Shown here: in pieces, positions 13,933 to 27,499 of the stretch
How the letters are laid out: each line of letters starts with the position of its first letter
Position numbering within the stretch: position 1 is the stretch's first letter
Assembly: GCA_964106645.2 (NCBI GenBank)
Contig: OZ067040.1
DNA: 64,000 nt
Reading direction: 5' to 3' (one strand)
From: Podarcis pityusensis
Taxonomy: Eukaryota
The notes under the pieces: model-generated
The model's input: only the letters and a program-made list of their open reading frames with translations
Database searches by the model: none
Told to the model about the DNA's origin: nothing
Translations under genes and position numbers: made by a program

Positions 13933-15098
13933 ATCAATAGGAATATGTTCAGATTAAAACCTGGTTATAGGATCAGTTACAATCACATAGGTAAATGCTA
14001 TAAAATTGACCTTCAAACCTTGTGATATGGAAAAGATATCTTTATTGAAATAAGCTATTAGTAATCTTTCTAGAATTGATCTGTTGATCAAAAACGGACA
14101 TGTAATGCTTATATTGTACAGTGGCGAGGAAAAAAAGAGATGTTAAAAATTTAGATAAACTACTTTTAACATTTCTGTTCCTAGCACTGTTTAACCACTT
14201 TTCTTTTAAAAAATGCTCTTGAAAAATCATCAGCTAATTTTAGCACTCCTATTACACACCCAGTGTACCTGAACTATAACCTGAACCTTATCAATAGATG
14301 GTTAGGAAGCTAGCAGCCATAAAATGTGAAGATATTCAATTATAGACATGCTTCTATTGGAGACAAATTTCATGTCAACCACCATGACATACCAGCAAAT
14401 TAAAATGTATAGAATCTACCAAGTGAATCTTTTGTCCAAACTACAAAGGACCTTGCCAAAAAAAGCTTAGCCCCCCCCCCTTTGGTTTGAATGTCACCAT
14501 CTCACATTTTGTCTGAGCTAAATGTATCATAGTGACCAAACTCTTTCAGCAGAGGTTCTCTTGATCTACTGATGCATCCTCATTTTACTGGCATATAGGT
14601 CTTGAACATATGCAACAAAAAGTCATGGTTTTTCATTATGTGAATGACCAGCAGCAAGTCTCAGGATCATGTGCTCCTCGCCTCCTTTCCCCCACTTCAA
14701 ACGTGAAGTGGTAGAAATGTGAAGCTTTCATTACCGGTTTGTAACAAACCATGGTTTCCTGTTCCATCAAAATCTGAGCACGTGAGGCATCCAAACCAGC
14801 ATTTGATAATTTGCGCTAACCCGTTTATTACAAACCACAACTAAAGCTTTACATTTGTTCCTTAAATGCATAAAGCGGAGGGAAATGGAAAGAGGGGAAA
14901 ACATGTGAGTCTGATGACTGCCCTGGTTTGTACACGTAACAGCAAACCAAGATTTGTCACTACATCTGAACTAGTCACAAGGAAAAATACCTATGCATAG
15001 GTCAGTATCGTGCCCATATGATTTTCCTTCTACAGCAGCTCAGGGTGGAAAGAAAAAAGGGCAGGGGGGTTTAATTTTAAAAATGCCCCCTGTGCTGT

Positions 15099-15100
<2 letters not shown>

Positions 15101-15161
<61 letters not shown>
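15101..15161. repeat. Compound microsatellite (CT)20(CA)10
   Basis: Direct reading. Confidence 0.95.
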
Positions 15162-15327
15162 CCTTTTAGGAGAAGAATAATATGCTAGGAGATCCAATCA
15201 CACATCTCCAATGTAGCACATTGCATGACCCATAACATGCATTTAACTCTGGATGATTCATGCCCTAATATACATATTTATTAATTGTTCATTTAGAAAT
15301 TTAGCTGCCCCACCCTGTGTTTTAGGG

Positions 15328-15468
15328 CAGAGATGGAGAACCTGGGGCCCTCCAGGTGTTGCTGGGACTACAGTTCTCATAATCCTTGAGTGTTGGCTGT
15401 GTGGGCTGGCACTGGTGAGAACTGAAGTTCAACAACATCTGGAGGACCACAGGTTCCCCCAACCTCTG
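15328..15468. mobile_element. hAT-type MITE
   Basis: Imperfect TIRs cagagatggagaacct / aggttcccccaacctctg, perfect 8-bp TSD ttttaggg on both sides. Confidence 0.85.
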
Positions 15469-15923
15469 TTTTAGGGGAATGCAACACTATTATAAAATCA
15501 GGATCAGTAAAACCAACAGAATATCCACTAATATCAAATTAAAATACCCAATTCCACCAAAAGCCAGCCCGAACAACCAGGTTGTCTTGTGCTGCCAGAA
15601 AGAAGAACATAGGCTTGCATTTTGCCTGAGAATTCCTCATCATACAAACTTGGTATAGTAATAGAAAAATTTGGGGTGCTGTTCCCAAGCAAATTCAAAA
15701 GTCGACGATCTAAGAACTTGCAGGAGGATGAAGATGAGGTCATAATAGTATACAACCATTAAGTGCTTTATAGGTTAAATGAAAACCAACATTTTCAATT
15801 GTTCTGAACCAACAATTCGGAATCAAATCAGGGGTCTCTGGCTGATTAAAAATGTTACTCTTAAAAAAGAAAAGAATGATATTAGATAATGCTTGTAAAT
15901 TTTAAAGATTAAAATAACCTTAC

Positions 15924-16025
15924 CTGCAATCCATCTTGATACTGAACAGCCGCTTGCATTGCTTCCTCAAGCTTGTCAACACGTTCTTTCCATGCTTTAT
16001 TTAAAGCATCCCAAGCAGAATTTAG
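15924..16025 (-). CDS. DST: DST exon ([34 protein letters not shown]), 102 nt
   Basis: cag|CTA acceptor, CAG|gtaagg donor. Confidence 0.9.
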
Positions 16026-16532
16026 CTGCATTTTAAATGGAGATTCAGTTGAATAAAAAACTGGAAGGCAATGTCTATAACCTATATATTAAAACTTAGG
16101 ATTGACATTAGATTAAGGTTTCTGTATCTGCAATATAAAAATTATGCAAGAGCTTCCCTAATACTATAATAAGAGCAAGGAACATCACTAAATCTAGGTG
16201 GATATGTCTCTATCAAGGACCAGGATTCCATCCACCCAAGTTTTGGGTGGCTTATTACCATACCATAGTTAAATATGTGGATGGTTCCACTTAACAGTGC
16301 AAGTTAAACTATAAGCTTCATAGGTTTATTTCAGTTCTGCAAAGTGCCTTGAAGCTTTCAAAATCAAACCAGAAGCCAGTGTGGTGAATTTTACTTTTGA
16401 CTCCCCAAAGAACCCTGTTTGTTTGCCAAGTATTTAAATTAGGCACCATACATCAATTTTAAAAAAGAAACACCTTTCTATTCTATCCATTTCATATGGG
16501 CATAAAATGCCAAACAATTACATGACTCATAC

Positions 16533-16655
16533 CTCATCGATGCTCTTGTTGACTAATGGTTTGTCAGGTTCTCCACATGCTGCTATCAGTTCAGAGCCAA
16601 GGCTTACCACTACATCTAAGTCTTCTTGTAACCCATCTATCTCTTCTTTAATAGT
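16533..16655 (-). CDS. DST: DST exon ([14 protein letters not shown]...NKSIDE), 123 nt
   Basis: tag|ACT acceptor, GAG|gtatga donor. Confidence 0.9.
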
Positions 16656-17729
16656 CTAAAAAAGAGAAACAAAATGTTAAACTTTCCATAATATTAAATT
16701 TATTATTTAAGATTCATTCAGAGTGGCAAACATTATTTGCTATTCATTAGTGTTTAACTAGCATAGCATAAGGCTATGCTGACCTTAAATTTTAAAAATA
16801 TATTGATTTATAAAGAAGATGACAACATGAAGGAGGGAGTTTAAGAGTAGGTTTTTCTTCACCCATTGGGGCAGATGGTTGTTGTGGCAGGGGCTTAACA
16901 ATTCCTCTGTATCCAGAACATTACAGGGACTGACATATCCACCTGCTTAGAAAAACAGCTTTCAAATTCAATAAGCTAACATTGTAGCCATACAGTGTGG
17001 GAAAATTACACCATAATGCTAAGGAAATAAGGTGAATACTAGCCTCCTTTTAAACAAATTAGTAGGTCTTGCTTCTGAATATTATCAAATAAAAAATACA
17101 ATGTCTCAATGTCACATGGTCCCAGGCTGCTATTATTTCCCTGTAATGAATGTTTATGACTTTTGTGAATAAAGGTTGGAAACCAGAGCTGTTTTAGGCA
17201 TGTCCAATGGCAGTGAGATTATTTTATTCCCTCTCTTCCACTTTACCCCACACACATCCTACCACAGCAAATCACAAACGGCTTAGGAAAGTCCTCTCAC
17301 TTCAACAGGCAATACTGGGGAGGGGAGTGGCTATCAGAAACGTAAACCAAAAGACCAAACTTGTGCAGTCATTTGAATACCAAGTTGGGAGGCAGATTGC
17401 TCTGGGTGAGAACGGATGGTGTTTTAAGGGTGATTAATGCATGAATTTCCCCCACTCAATGGGTGGAATTCAACATCACACTATGCCAATATTCCATCAG
17501 CAAAGGCATTTCTGCTTGTCAGATGCAACTATCTCCCTTTTCCTCCCTCTCCATGCTGTTCTGGGGGTTCCCCTGACCCTCCAGAGGTGAAGGGGGAGAA
17601 GAGGGGTGAATCTCTATTGAGCTAGTAGAAGTTCTTGTGCTGGCTTCCATTAGCAAACTGGGTTAACTGAATCCAGCCCCATGCTTGAATCATCATTAGA
17701 TGGCTTATAAGGGCACAACAGTCATCAGA

Positions 17730-17905
17730 AAGAACGTTGAGTCCTGCTGGGTTGAGGCCAAAGGCTTATCTAGTTCTGCATCATGTTCTCACAGTATTCA
17801 ACCAGATGCCCACAAGGACCTGTGCACAACAGCACTTAGGATTCCCAGGAGCTGATATTCAGAGGCAAACTGCCTTTGACATTTGGAGGTAGAACACAGC
17901 CATCA
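17730..17905 (-). mobile_element. CR1 3'-end fragment
   Basis: Same family motifs (atctagttctgcatcatgttctcacagt, gatattcagaggca). Confidence 0.55.
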
Positions 17906-18409
17906 CCTTTCATTATTACTTCAAATGCATTTTCCCCCATGCAAGTCTTTTCCTTTAGCAGTGCATAGACTCTGAAGAGAAAAAAGGGCATTACTGACTA
18001 GTGCAGGAAGGCAAAAAAAAAAAATGCAGGCCATGATTACCTGTAGTTATGCATTTGTTACACACAGGGATTTTTGTTTCTTAAAGAAGCAAAATAAATC
18101 CACACAGATGGTGCTGGACTCTATATCCAGTCCTGTCCATATATAATGGGTAATTAGGAGTCCCACAATGTGAATGAGCTGTGGAGAACCTTGCACTGGA
18201 GACGGGAGGAGGCGGCTCAGTGTGGCTCATTCACAGAGCTGGAAACAATGGTTTTCTATTATATCTGAACCAGCCATGATTTGTAAAGGAATTTCTACTA
18301 AACATAGCATAACAATATAGTCCAAACCACTAACACGCTTATACACGATTGCTAAGAAATATATGGGAGCAGGACAGTAGTCTAAACCCAACAGTTACAT
18401 TTCACCTAC

Positions 18410-18636
18410 CTCTGCTGCTTCTTGCTGTTGCTTTACCACTGAAGGATCAATTCCAGCTCCTTCTAGTTCTCTGATAAAATCCTGAGTATCCTTAATAGTG
18501 GCTATGAGAGCCATGTGATCACACCAGAACTTCTCTGCTAATTCCATTGCATCAAGCAATTTGGCCTCCCTTTCCTCAGCCAGGGTATGGATGTCTTCCC
18601 ACATAAAGACCATTTGATCCAACTTATCCTGAACCA
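18410..18636 (-). CDS. DST: DST exon ([13 protein letters not shown]...QQQEAAE), 227 nt, phase 1-0
   Basis: tag|TG acceptor, GAG|gtaggt donor. Confidence 0.92.
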
Positions 18637-18745
18637 CTAGGAAGCAAAATATACACGGGCAGGTATATAAAGTTCTGCTTCTTAATAGGTGCTTGTGGAA
18701 ACTTGTTCATGCATTTATTTTGAAATGTAAAATTTTGAAGTCTAC

Positions 18746-18977
18746 CTTTAGCAGATATGTCCTTATCAGCGCCTTCTGAACGGGCAATCATCTCTTCCCC
18801 ACGCTGCTTGAGGGTTTCATAGACTGGCTGAAGTTTTTCAAGGTCGACAGACACGTTCTTATTTTCACCGATCTGTTCTTTAATCTTTTCAACCTCAGCT
18901 GAGATGGAAGGTGGTTGCCTCAAACGTTCAACAATGCGTTCTAGGCTCTCAGTGGTCGAATCTATCTTGTCATGGAA
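18746..18977 (-). CDS. DST: DST exon ([29 protein letters not shown]...DISAK), 232 nt, phase 0-1
   Basis: tag|TTC acceptor, AAAG|gtagac donor, followed by a 109-nt intron. Confidence 0.92.
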
Positions 18978-20014
18978 CTATGCAGACAAATGGGGAGGAG
19001 GGAGAGAAGACTGGGTGAGTGACAGATTAGCAACATTTAAAAGGAACTGGGTCAAACCAGAAAAAAACCCAGTTATAGCTGAATGAACATGCTTAAAGCA
19101 TCCTTAACTATTTTTGTGACATTTTTTGTCTTTCTCAACAGACTTATGATCTTAGTTTAAGCAAAATTTATGCTTCCCAATCAAGGTGTCCAAATCATAT
19201 CTGCTTGTTAGTGAACTAGGCAGCTTTACAGTACAGACCAATTGTTAACTGTCTCATCATCACCATGTATTAATACCATGTATTAACAGTTTCCTGAACA
19301 TGGTTTTATAACACAGAGGGAATAACACATTTTTTCTTTCACCTATCCTTAGCCACAATGTGTTATGTCATTTAAAAAATGTCAGCAATTCACATTATTA
19401 ATAAGTTTTTTCTAATAAATATCCTACTGCATTGGTTAATTACTGTTAACATTATGTGGCAGTGATTAATAGACATGGTATGAACGTAAGCATCTACCTC
19501 CTAGGTAGGTCGGGTCAGAAAACCATAATGCAGTAGCATTACATTGGAAAGTTGGAAGTTGCTTCATGCCAAGTCTGACCGACAGTCAGTCACTGTCCCA
19601 CCACCACTATTTTTGGCAAAGACACCAGGAGAAACCCTGGGCTGTCTTGACACCAATTAGCCTCTTTGATTGTGTGCATGCATGAACAAATCACTATTAT
19701 GTAGGATACTGGCCTTATTATTCAGGGAAAAACAATTTTGTAATTCCCAAATAGGATAAGAATATTTCCATTTTTTAATCATGCCTTTCCTTCAAGGAAC
19801 TTGATGGCACACGGGGAAGGTTTGATTCACGAAAATACAGTGCCCTTAATTCTTTAACAGATAGGAAGAGCAAATTTATGTGCAATGATGGGCGTATTCA
19901 CATATTTGGTGACGTAGTGTCTTGGCAAGTCCACTATGTACCTAAAGTCTATTGATTTAAGATAACAACATCCTGCAGTTGGAATCTAATTGCTCTTCTA
20001 ATAAATAATGTTAC

Positions 20015-20218
20015 CTGGGTAGACTGAGAAATGGCTTCGTCCAGTGCCTGAGCTCGCTTTTTGACATCTTCTTTAATTTGACTATAAAGGGCATCAGCTG
20101 CTACATACTTCTCTTGGATTGAAAAACCTTCTCGCGGGCTCAGCTCCAGAAGCTGAGGTCCAGTTTTATTCATCTTATCTATATGAGGCTTGTGTTCAGC
20201 AATCAACTCTCGCAGTTG
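20015..20218 (-). CDS. DST: DST exon ([18 protein letters not shown]...SQSTQ), 204 nt
   Basis: tag|CAA acceptor, CAG|gtaaca donor. Confidence 0.92.
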
Positions 20219-21722
20219 CTATAGCAAAGCAAAACACTTATCAGTATCTAACCCTTACATCGCCACATTCCAGCTGTCTGTGCGTCCAACACGTTCAGCT
20301 GGCAAGGTGGTCTAAATAAACAATCCCATCTGCATGCTAAGACAAAGTATAACTCATACTGGATATATCCATTTAGCCTTATTGTTGTGTTTTCAGCTCT
20401 AAGCATATAATGTTTCCTTTATACTAGGAAAAACAGCATTTTAGTCAACCAAGATATTTAAAAGAACAGAATCTGGGAAGCAAAACAATATAACTAGTCA
20501 AAAGTATTCAGCCAGTTGTCCGGCACTCTAAATGATTTATTAAGTAATGGCATTCCAGAAGATGCCAAATTGTTTAAATATGATTATAAATAGCTCGCTA
20601 GTGCTGGAGTGCTGGAGTGCTGTAACAAAAGCAAGCAAATCAAACCTCCAAGGTTACATCAAGGAATCATATTAAGATCATCCAATATTTTTGAGACTTG
20701 CAGAAAATGCTGTGCTTTAAAATGGAAGCAACACACTGTTGCACTTTGTTCAGCTCCTTTTAAAGCATAACTTAATGGAACAAACTGTTATAGTTTTAAA
20801 GTTCACTTTTAGAAGGTGCTTCCGGGTACTTTTTCTTTTGTTTGCCTCCAGTTTCTGTTGTATTCAGTGTGCCTTCACTACTACTCAATGAGGCTTTAGC
20901 TGATTTTTCTACCCAGAACACTCTCTATAATTAATCTCCAACTTTGCTAATATGAAGACAGCCATGTTTCTCTTTATTGCTGCACTCTGCCTAATCAGGA
21001 ACCTCTGTCTTTTGTTAAGGCTGGAGGCAGAACTGAGTAACTGCTGGACTTATGTTTCCAAAATTGGGGGTCAGCCATCACTTCTTTCCCCAAATTCCTG
21101 GGTACAAACTGAGTCTGCAGCACCTAATCCAATTCAGCCTGCAATCTCTCTTAAAACTGAATCTAAATGCAGATGTAGTGGCCACAACCATTTTTGTTTT
21201 TTGTTGCTGTCCCCCAACCCCTTTTCCCTATCCTCTGCTTTGCATAACATCCTGACTGATTAAGAGTTCTGGAGAACTCAAAAGATTGTGATATTTTGGC
21301 TGGTCCAAAACTGTGGTGTTTCCCAACTGTGGATTTTTGATTTTTTTTTTCTTAGGGAACACCACAGCTTGCTTTGCATTCCAGCTATTTTGGATACTGT
21401 TGAACATTTTCATTCCTTTTAAAAAATGCAAATAAATAAATAAATAAATAAATGAATGAATTAATTAGTGAATTAATTCACTAATCCGCTTTTCACAATG
21501 ACTGCTCTGCCTTGAGAATAGTTTTAAACTTGTGGTTATATTAAAATAGTAAGATTTTGTTTCGTAAAAAAATGGATTTTGGGTTGTTGTTGTTAACAGA
21601 GAGTAAAAAATATGTAAAATCTGATATTGGTTGGTTTGGTGAATGTGACATGCTAAAGAGAGGGCTGCACTTCTGTTGACCTTTGGAATTAACAGCATTT
21701 TGTAAGACGACTGCAAACTTAC

Positions 21723-21941
21723 CCGGTGCTCTTCTTGTTGTTGCTTTAGGGTTTCATATTCAAGAGCTGGTGCTGGAAGCTGTGATATTACTGTTTTTGT
21801 TTCCGTTAGCCATGGCCAAATCTCTTCATAAGTCTCCCAGAACTGACTGGCTAGAGACTGAGCTCTTTCTAGCTGCAGGTTCCTCTTAGAGTTCATTTGA
21901 CAGAGTGTATTATACTTCTGCAAGAGGTCTTCCAGCTTCTT
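21723..21941 (-). CDS. DST: DST exon ([10 protein letters not shown]...QQQEEHR), 219 nt
   Basis: tag|AAG acceptor, CGG|gtaagt donor. Confidence 0.9.
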
Positions 21942-22234
21942 CTATTAAAGAAATTACCAACAAACACCAGCATTTGGTTGGAGAAATTTACATTGTGGCA
22001 GGTGACTAGTCTTGCTATATAACAGGGTGGGCAATCTTTCAGCTCCTTAGGGGGCAAGTAGGTAGGTGCTTGGGGAAGGCATATCCACCAAGGAGTCGTG
22101 GATTCAGCATTCTGGGTCCAATTCTATGGAACTCCTTACTGGTTGATATCAGGAAGGCCCTCTTTCCTGTTGAATTTCGAGTGTCTACTGAAGGCCTTTT
22201 TAAATTTCAACAGGCATTTCAAGTAAATTTTAAG

Positions 22235-22520
22235 AAGATAAGATGAACCTGCTGGATCAGGCCAATGGTCCATCTAGTCACCCATCCTGTTCTCACAATG
22301 ACTTGTGGAAAACCAGCATGCAAGATTCAAGCACAAGAGCACTTTCCCCTCCTCTGGTTTCCAGCAACTGGTATTCAGAAGCATCACTGCCTCCAACTGC
22401 GCAGAGCACAGCCATTATGGCTAATAGCCATTGAGAGCTTTATCCTCTATGAATTTGTCTAATCCTCTTTTGAAGCCATGCAAGTTAGAGGCCATCACTG
22501 CCTCCTGCAAGTTCCACAGT
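22235..22520 (-). mobile_element. CR1 3'-end fragment
   Basis: Same family as 5686-5920 and 35865-36545. Confidence 0.65.
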
Positions 22521-22675
22521 TTAACCAAGCGCGGCATGATGCAGCCAACTTGAGGCAGCTTAAGCTTTCAAGGCACATTTCAGCCCCCCCTTACATAATC
22601 TTAGTGGGCTCCAGCAACATGGCTTGGGAATCCCTTACGCATGCAGATTTTCAAGTGCAAATCATGCTCCATTAC

Positions 22676-22783
22676 CTTCATGGTTTGTTTGTCCTCTTCT
22701 GTGCATGTCTTCATAATCTCATCCCCAGATGCAACAAGCTCTTCTATTGTATCCTTGTGTTTCAAAATCTCCATGGTAAATGC
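22676..22783 (-). CDS. DST: DST exon ([17 protein letters not shown]...KQTMK), 108 nt
   Basis: tag|GCA acceptor, AAG|gtaatg donor. Confidence 0.9.
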
Positions 22784-22928
22784 CTAATTACATAATACAA
22801 TATTCTGGTATTAGGAATATGAGGACACAGAGCAAAAGCCTGCACTATAATGGTTTGAAAATTAAATCATGGCAGAAAAAGTAATGGCCATTAATTATTG
22901 CATTACAGATGGAATCACATTTGTTCAC

Positions 22929-23048
22929 CTTTTGAACTTGTAGCTGAGCAATGGTCTGGTCACGTTCAAGCCTAATGTCACCCAGAGACATCAGTTTATT
23001 TTCTGTTTCCTCAACCCAGGCTAATTCAGTGTCGGCTGCTTGATCAAA
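22929..23048 (-). CDS. DST: DST exon ([16 protein letters not shown]...LQVQK), 120 nt
   Basis: tag|TTT acceptor, AAG|gtgaac donor. Confidence 0.9.
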
Positions 23049-26000
23049 CTAAAGAAAGCACAGAAAAAATAAAATAGCAATTCATAAAAAAAACTCCAAC
23101 TGGATGGGTAGAGGGTTTAAAATGGAAAAGATATTTCAGAAAAGACATTTGATAAGATTGAGAGGTGGGGATCATAGCTCAGTGGAAAGACTGCACTGGT
23201 TACATTTACACAGCCCCAAGTTTATCAGAACCTGTTTATATTTTGGATATCAGAACCAGTAAAACCCTAAATTGCAAAGCTGCCTCTAGGCCAGTTCTAG
23301 AATGGTGGGTATTTTAAGCTGCAATGCTAAGGGAGTTGCACATAGCTAAGAAAGTGTCTTGCAACACCTTTAGGAGGGGATAGAGGATGAAGCGATCAAG
23401 GTGTCAATGGCAACAAGATAGTGCCTGTAAACTTCCTTGCTAGACCATAAGCTTTCCACAGTTTGTGCATTTAGACCTGGCAGAGGAGATGTGGCCTCTT
23501 CACTTAAGAGATATGATGGAGGATGAGAGAAATCTGGGTATTCTTAAAGGGACAGGTAAGGCAAGGCAGAATAGTGCAACATGCTTCGGTGGCATTTGTC
23601 AAACATACAGAGTCAGAAAGGTAAAGATTGTAAGCAGTGGGCCAAATATCATTGAACAGCAAGTGTGATGTCTCTGTGCAAAGCTCAAAAGTATACGAAA
23701 TAAACACAGTGATCATTCACAACAGCACTAATTTGCAACGATATAATTTTCCTCCCTTTGCTGTGATGAGAGAAAAAAACTTTGCCTTGCATGAAATTGA
23801 AACAAGTAGCTTCAAGCTTGCTGATGAATTTTTGTTCAGCAGCTGCTGGCTAAAGTTTCCCTTTGAAGTTATTTTGTTGAAGAATAATGACTTTCAGGTC
23901 AGCAGCACAGTATCCTGGAATCAGTGCTAGTAGTTAAGAGTGTGAGGCTAGGTGGCTCGTTGCTGTGATTGAATATAATGCAGCTTCTTATAATACCCAC
24001 ACAGTTTATTCTTATTTTAATAAATTCTAGGGCTCTCTGTGACACTGAGGAGTATATCAAAATCAGCTTATTTCAGAAGTGTTACAAAGAGGAAGCAGGA
24101 AATGTCAGAGCCACATTATACTTTATACTTCAACCGGAATTCTCTGTCAAAATTCTCACAAACATCAAAGGTAATATTAATACTTGCTTTTCTTTAAACA
24201 TCTTTTGCTCTTGTCCATCTTTAAGATTATTTCCCTGCCTCAATAGAGAGATTATTTTTTAGTTAGGCTAGATCAATGGCATTAAAATCAATGGGCAGCA
24301 AAATAGGAATTGCTTCTTGGTAGAAGTTGACAGTCCAGTTGTGCGAACGCAAGTCATGAGTATCTATAGCATACACATATTTCCCCCCCCCCCGAAAATC
24401 TTATCCTTTCAGAGACCACTAGTGGATTTCTTTCAAATGTCATTTTCCAAACATGGAGAAGAGAGCAAGTTCGTGCCCACTGAGCTTCCTCCCACCATGA
24501 CAATACTACTGGTGGTACCCTGACTTCCACACTCTGGGGGAAGGTTCTAAAGAAGGGAGAGCCCGCTGTATGAACCTAGATTAGCACCCTGATCACAAAG
24601 GGTTCTGACAGAGGCAGAGCCTACACATAAAGCAGACTCCTCATTTGAGACCTTCCCCTTCAACATGCGGATGGCGCAGGGGAAGGGAAGCCAGGGTCTG
24701 TTATCCCACTAGGCACTGCTGTCATATGCAAATGTTCCATCCTCAACTTTGTTTCTTCGCTTGGGCTCACCAGACCAGTTCTCAACTGAACTTTGAGAGC
24801 CTTGGAGAACTTTGAGAGCCTTCCCCATCCTGGTTCTTTCCAAATGCTCTGAAATACAGTTTCCATCACTGGCCATACTGACTAGGGCTGCTGTGATCTA
24901 GAGTCCAAATTATATTGAGGGCACCAAGTTGGAGAAGGCTACTGTAGAGCAATTGGTATGCTCGTGAAGCACAATACTTGAATGGTCTAGTTTAAGCAGA
25001 CAAATAAATATACACAACAAGTTTCAACGTGAATCATGTTCCTAAAAGAAAGAGGTAGAGAAACTGATAAGGTGGATAACTTTCACTGGACCCAATCATG
25101 ATGGTGGGAGCACATGCGACCTTTAGAGGTCATCAAAATTCTTCATTATGTCTGATGCTTTCAACATATGCTGGTTGAAGAAGAAATAATCCTATTAAGC
25201 TGCTTGAGAAAGTTGATAATTTACATGTTTGTGGTAACAGAGTCACTTCCAACTGAAGGTGAAATTTAATGGATAAGCTGTCATATCTTATTCTTTAATT
25301 ATGAATCATGACTGAAAAGCAAGTTACGTGGGCTGAGGTTTCTCCATGTTTTTCATGAGTAATTCTTTATCACACTGTTTAATCTATTTGAAACAAGCCA
25401 CAAACATTTGCTGTCATCTCACATTTATAATCAGAGAAGGTACTTTTGGCCTGAACATTCTGTTTTGAAAGAGAGGCATATAAACTGAGTCATACTAAAT
25501 TAAAGGGCCAACAAATTAGAAGCTCTAAAAAAGAAAAAGAAAACCTTCGAACAAAACACTGATGTTTAAATTAAGACCATTTTAATACTGCCCACAACTG
25601 CAAATAATGTTTATATTTCCTGCAAAGCTGCATCCAGTGGCTACTGTACACATCTTTACTTCAACCATTCATTTACACAAGCTGATATATGACCTACATA
25701 GCAGCATAAATAATAAGTTACAGGGTTTGAGTTTACAATTCTTTCTGTACTGAAATTCCCACTGAGATCACTGCATGATGCTACTCGTAATGCCTCTCAG
25801 TATGAGACCGATCTGTAATTTCTGTGTCAACTAGAAGACAGATGGCTACAACAATGACTGGATTTGCTTTGGTCTAGGACTCATGTCTGACAACTATGAC
25901 CAAGCTCTTTTCAAGTTTGGCCCCAGTTCTTGCAAAGACTTAGCATGCATGTGCCAATAATATGAACAGCAGCCTTTTCTTTTGGTAGGGATTCCCAGAT

Positions 26001-26091
26001 ACACACCTGGATGTATTCCTAGAACAGATAAATATACATATTTTTTTCCCTATCACGCATAGACTGAAATGAGAATTATGGTCATTTTTAC

Positions 26092-26298
26092 CTGCTGCGA
26101 TCTGAAAATGGCAGCATCAATTTCTTCCACTTTCTGAGTTATAGTGTCGCTCACTAATCTGTACCGTTCGTTGTCTTCTGTGATCATTTTGTCTATCCCT
26201 TCCCTTGCTCTCCATGGCACCAGTTCAAGCAAAGCACTGCTGACTTCGTTAAGAGTGTCCAGTAAACTTTTATTATCTTTTGCTTCTTTTTTCAGTGC
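26092..26298 (-). CDS. DST: DST exon ([14 protein letters not shown]...FRSQQ), 207 nt
   Basis: tag|GCA acceptor, CAG|gtaaaa donor, [12 protein letters not shown] motif. Confidence 0.92.
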
Positions 26299-26889
26299 CT
26301 AAAAAGGAATATTTAAGGTAAACAAATTAAAAATAACACATTGGCGCAGAAACAAAATCTGCACAGCTCAAAGGTTCCACCCATGGGGCTTTTTTGGTTT
26401 TCTCCTTCTCCCATCTTCAGTTTTTTTTATTGAGTTTAAGAGTACATAGCTGAAATGCTACAGCTGCAAGCCAAAGCTATAAATATTGCTCTTTTCAACT
26501 TGGCTACCTTTGCTTTTGTTACAAGCATGCTTGGGACCCCCTAACCTCTCACACTATCAATATAAATAAATAAATAAACAAAGGACCTACCTACATGATG
26601 CTGACACAAACCTCTAAACTAATAAAAGATGATAGTGCAAAAGAACAATACCCCATCTCTCTCTCTCCACCTCCCTCCCCTACTCTGAAATGCATTCTTG
26701 AAATACGATAACGCTTCTTGCTTAGCCGGATGAAAGGATGTGCATGAGGTGTGAATATATGCAAAAACGTCCCAACTTCTGTGTAGCTGTACAAAGGGAA
26801 GTGTCACGCCTGTTGCTCCACCCACTTTTGCTGCTGGCATGTGGCCCCCGGAACGCTGTCCACAAGCAAACACAGCATTTTACGCTCAC

Positions 26890-27131
26890 CTTTTGTCTTT
26901 CTTGCGCTTGACTTAACTCTTCACCTTTGGGGACCTGCGCTTCGTACGACTGTAATTCCACCTCAACTTTATCCAGCCAAGTGCAGAGTTTCTCATGAGC
27001 TGACAGAAGCTGATCGGAAAGCTGTAGAGCCTGTTCTAAAGTCTTGGACACATCAGAACTCAGCTTCGTTATGTCCTTGTACCTTGTTTTAATGCCTTCC
27101 AATTTATCTTGAATTATGACAACTTCATCAC
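26890..27131 (-). CDS. DST: DST exon ([15 protein letters not shown]...QERQK), 242 nt, phase 1-0
   Basis: cag|GT acceptor, AAG|gtgagc donor. Confidence 0.92.
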
Positions 27132-27379
27132 CTGCAATGCGAAAGGGGTATTTAACACACTAATCATCTAAAGCGACCAGTATGTTTTTAGTGTTTAAAT
27201 CCACAGGTGAAAATAGAACAAATATTTCATCCTGATCAAGCTAGTTTTTCTTCTAAGCATGGAAGCTTCACTGTGCACATGCAACTTTAGCCCACCCCAC
27301 CCCATCCCTGTCTTATTTTAGATTGGGCTCCACCAAAATAAATCTAGGTCAAGCCTCAGCCAATCAGGATTCTCTAGGT

Positions 27380-27499
27380 CAGGGACGAGGAACCTATGGT
27401 CATCCAGATGTTGCTGGACTACAACTCCCATCTTTGCATGATTATTGGCCGGCTCTGATGGGAGATGGAGTCCAACAACATCTGGACTCCCTATCCCTG
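27380..27499. mobile_element. hAT-type MITE, related to 15328-15468
   Basis: CAGGG...CCCTG ends, internal palindrome ccagatgttgctggact / agtccaacaacatctgg. Confidence 0.7.

Noticed and set aside
21936-21944. TAG-AAG-AAG tandem acceptor
   Set aside because: AAG is a much weaker acceptor than TAG and the effect would be one lysine; no evidence of use
23168-23225. tRNA-like start gggatcatagctcagtgg
   Set aside because: No intact T-arm/B box or cloverleaf; probably a decayed SINE head
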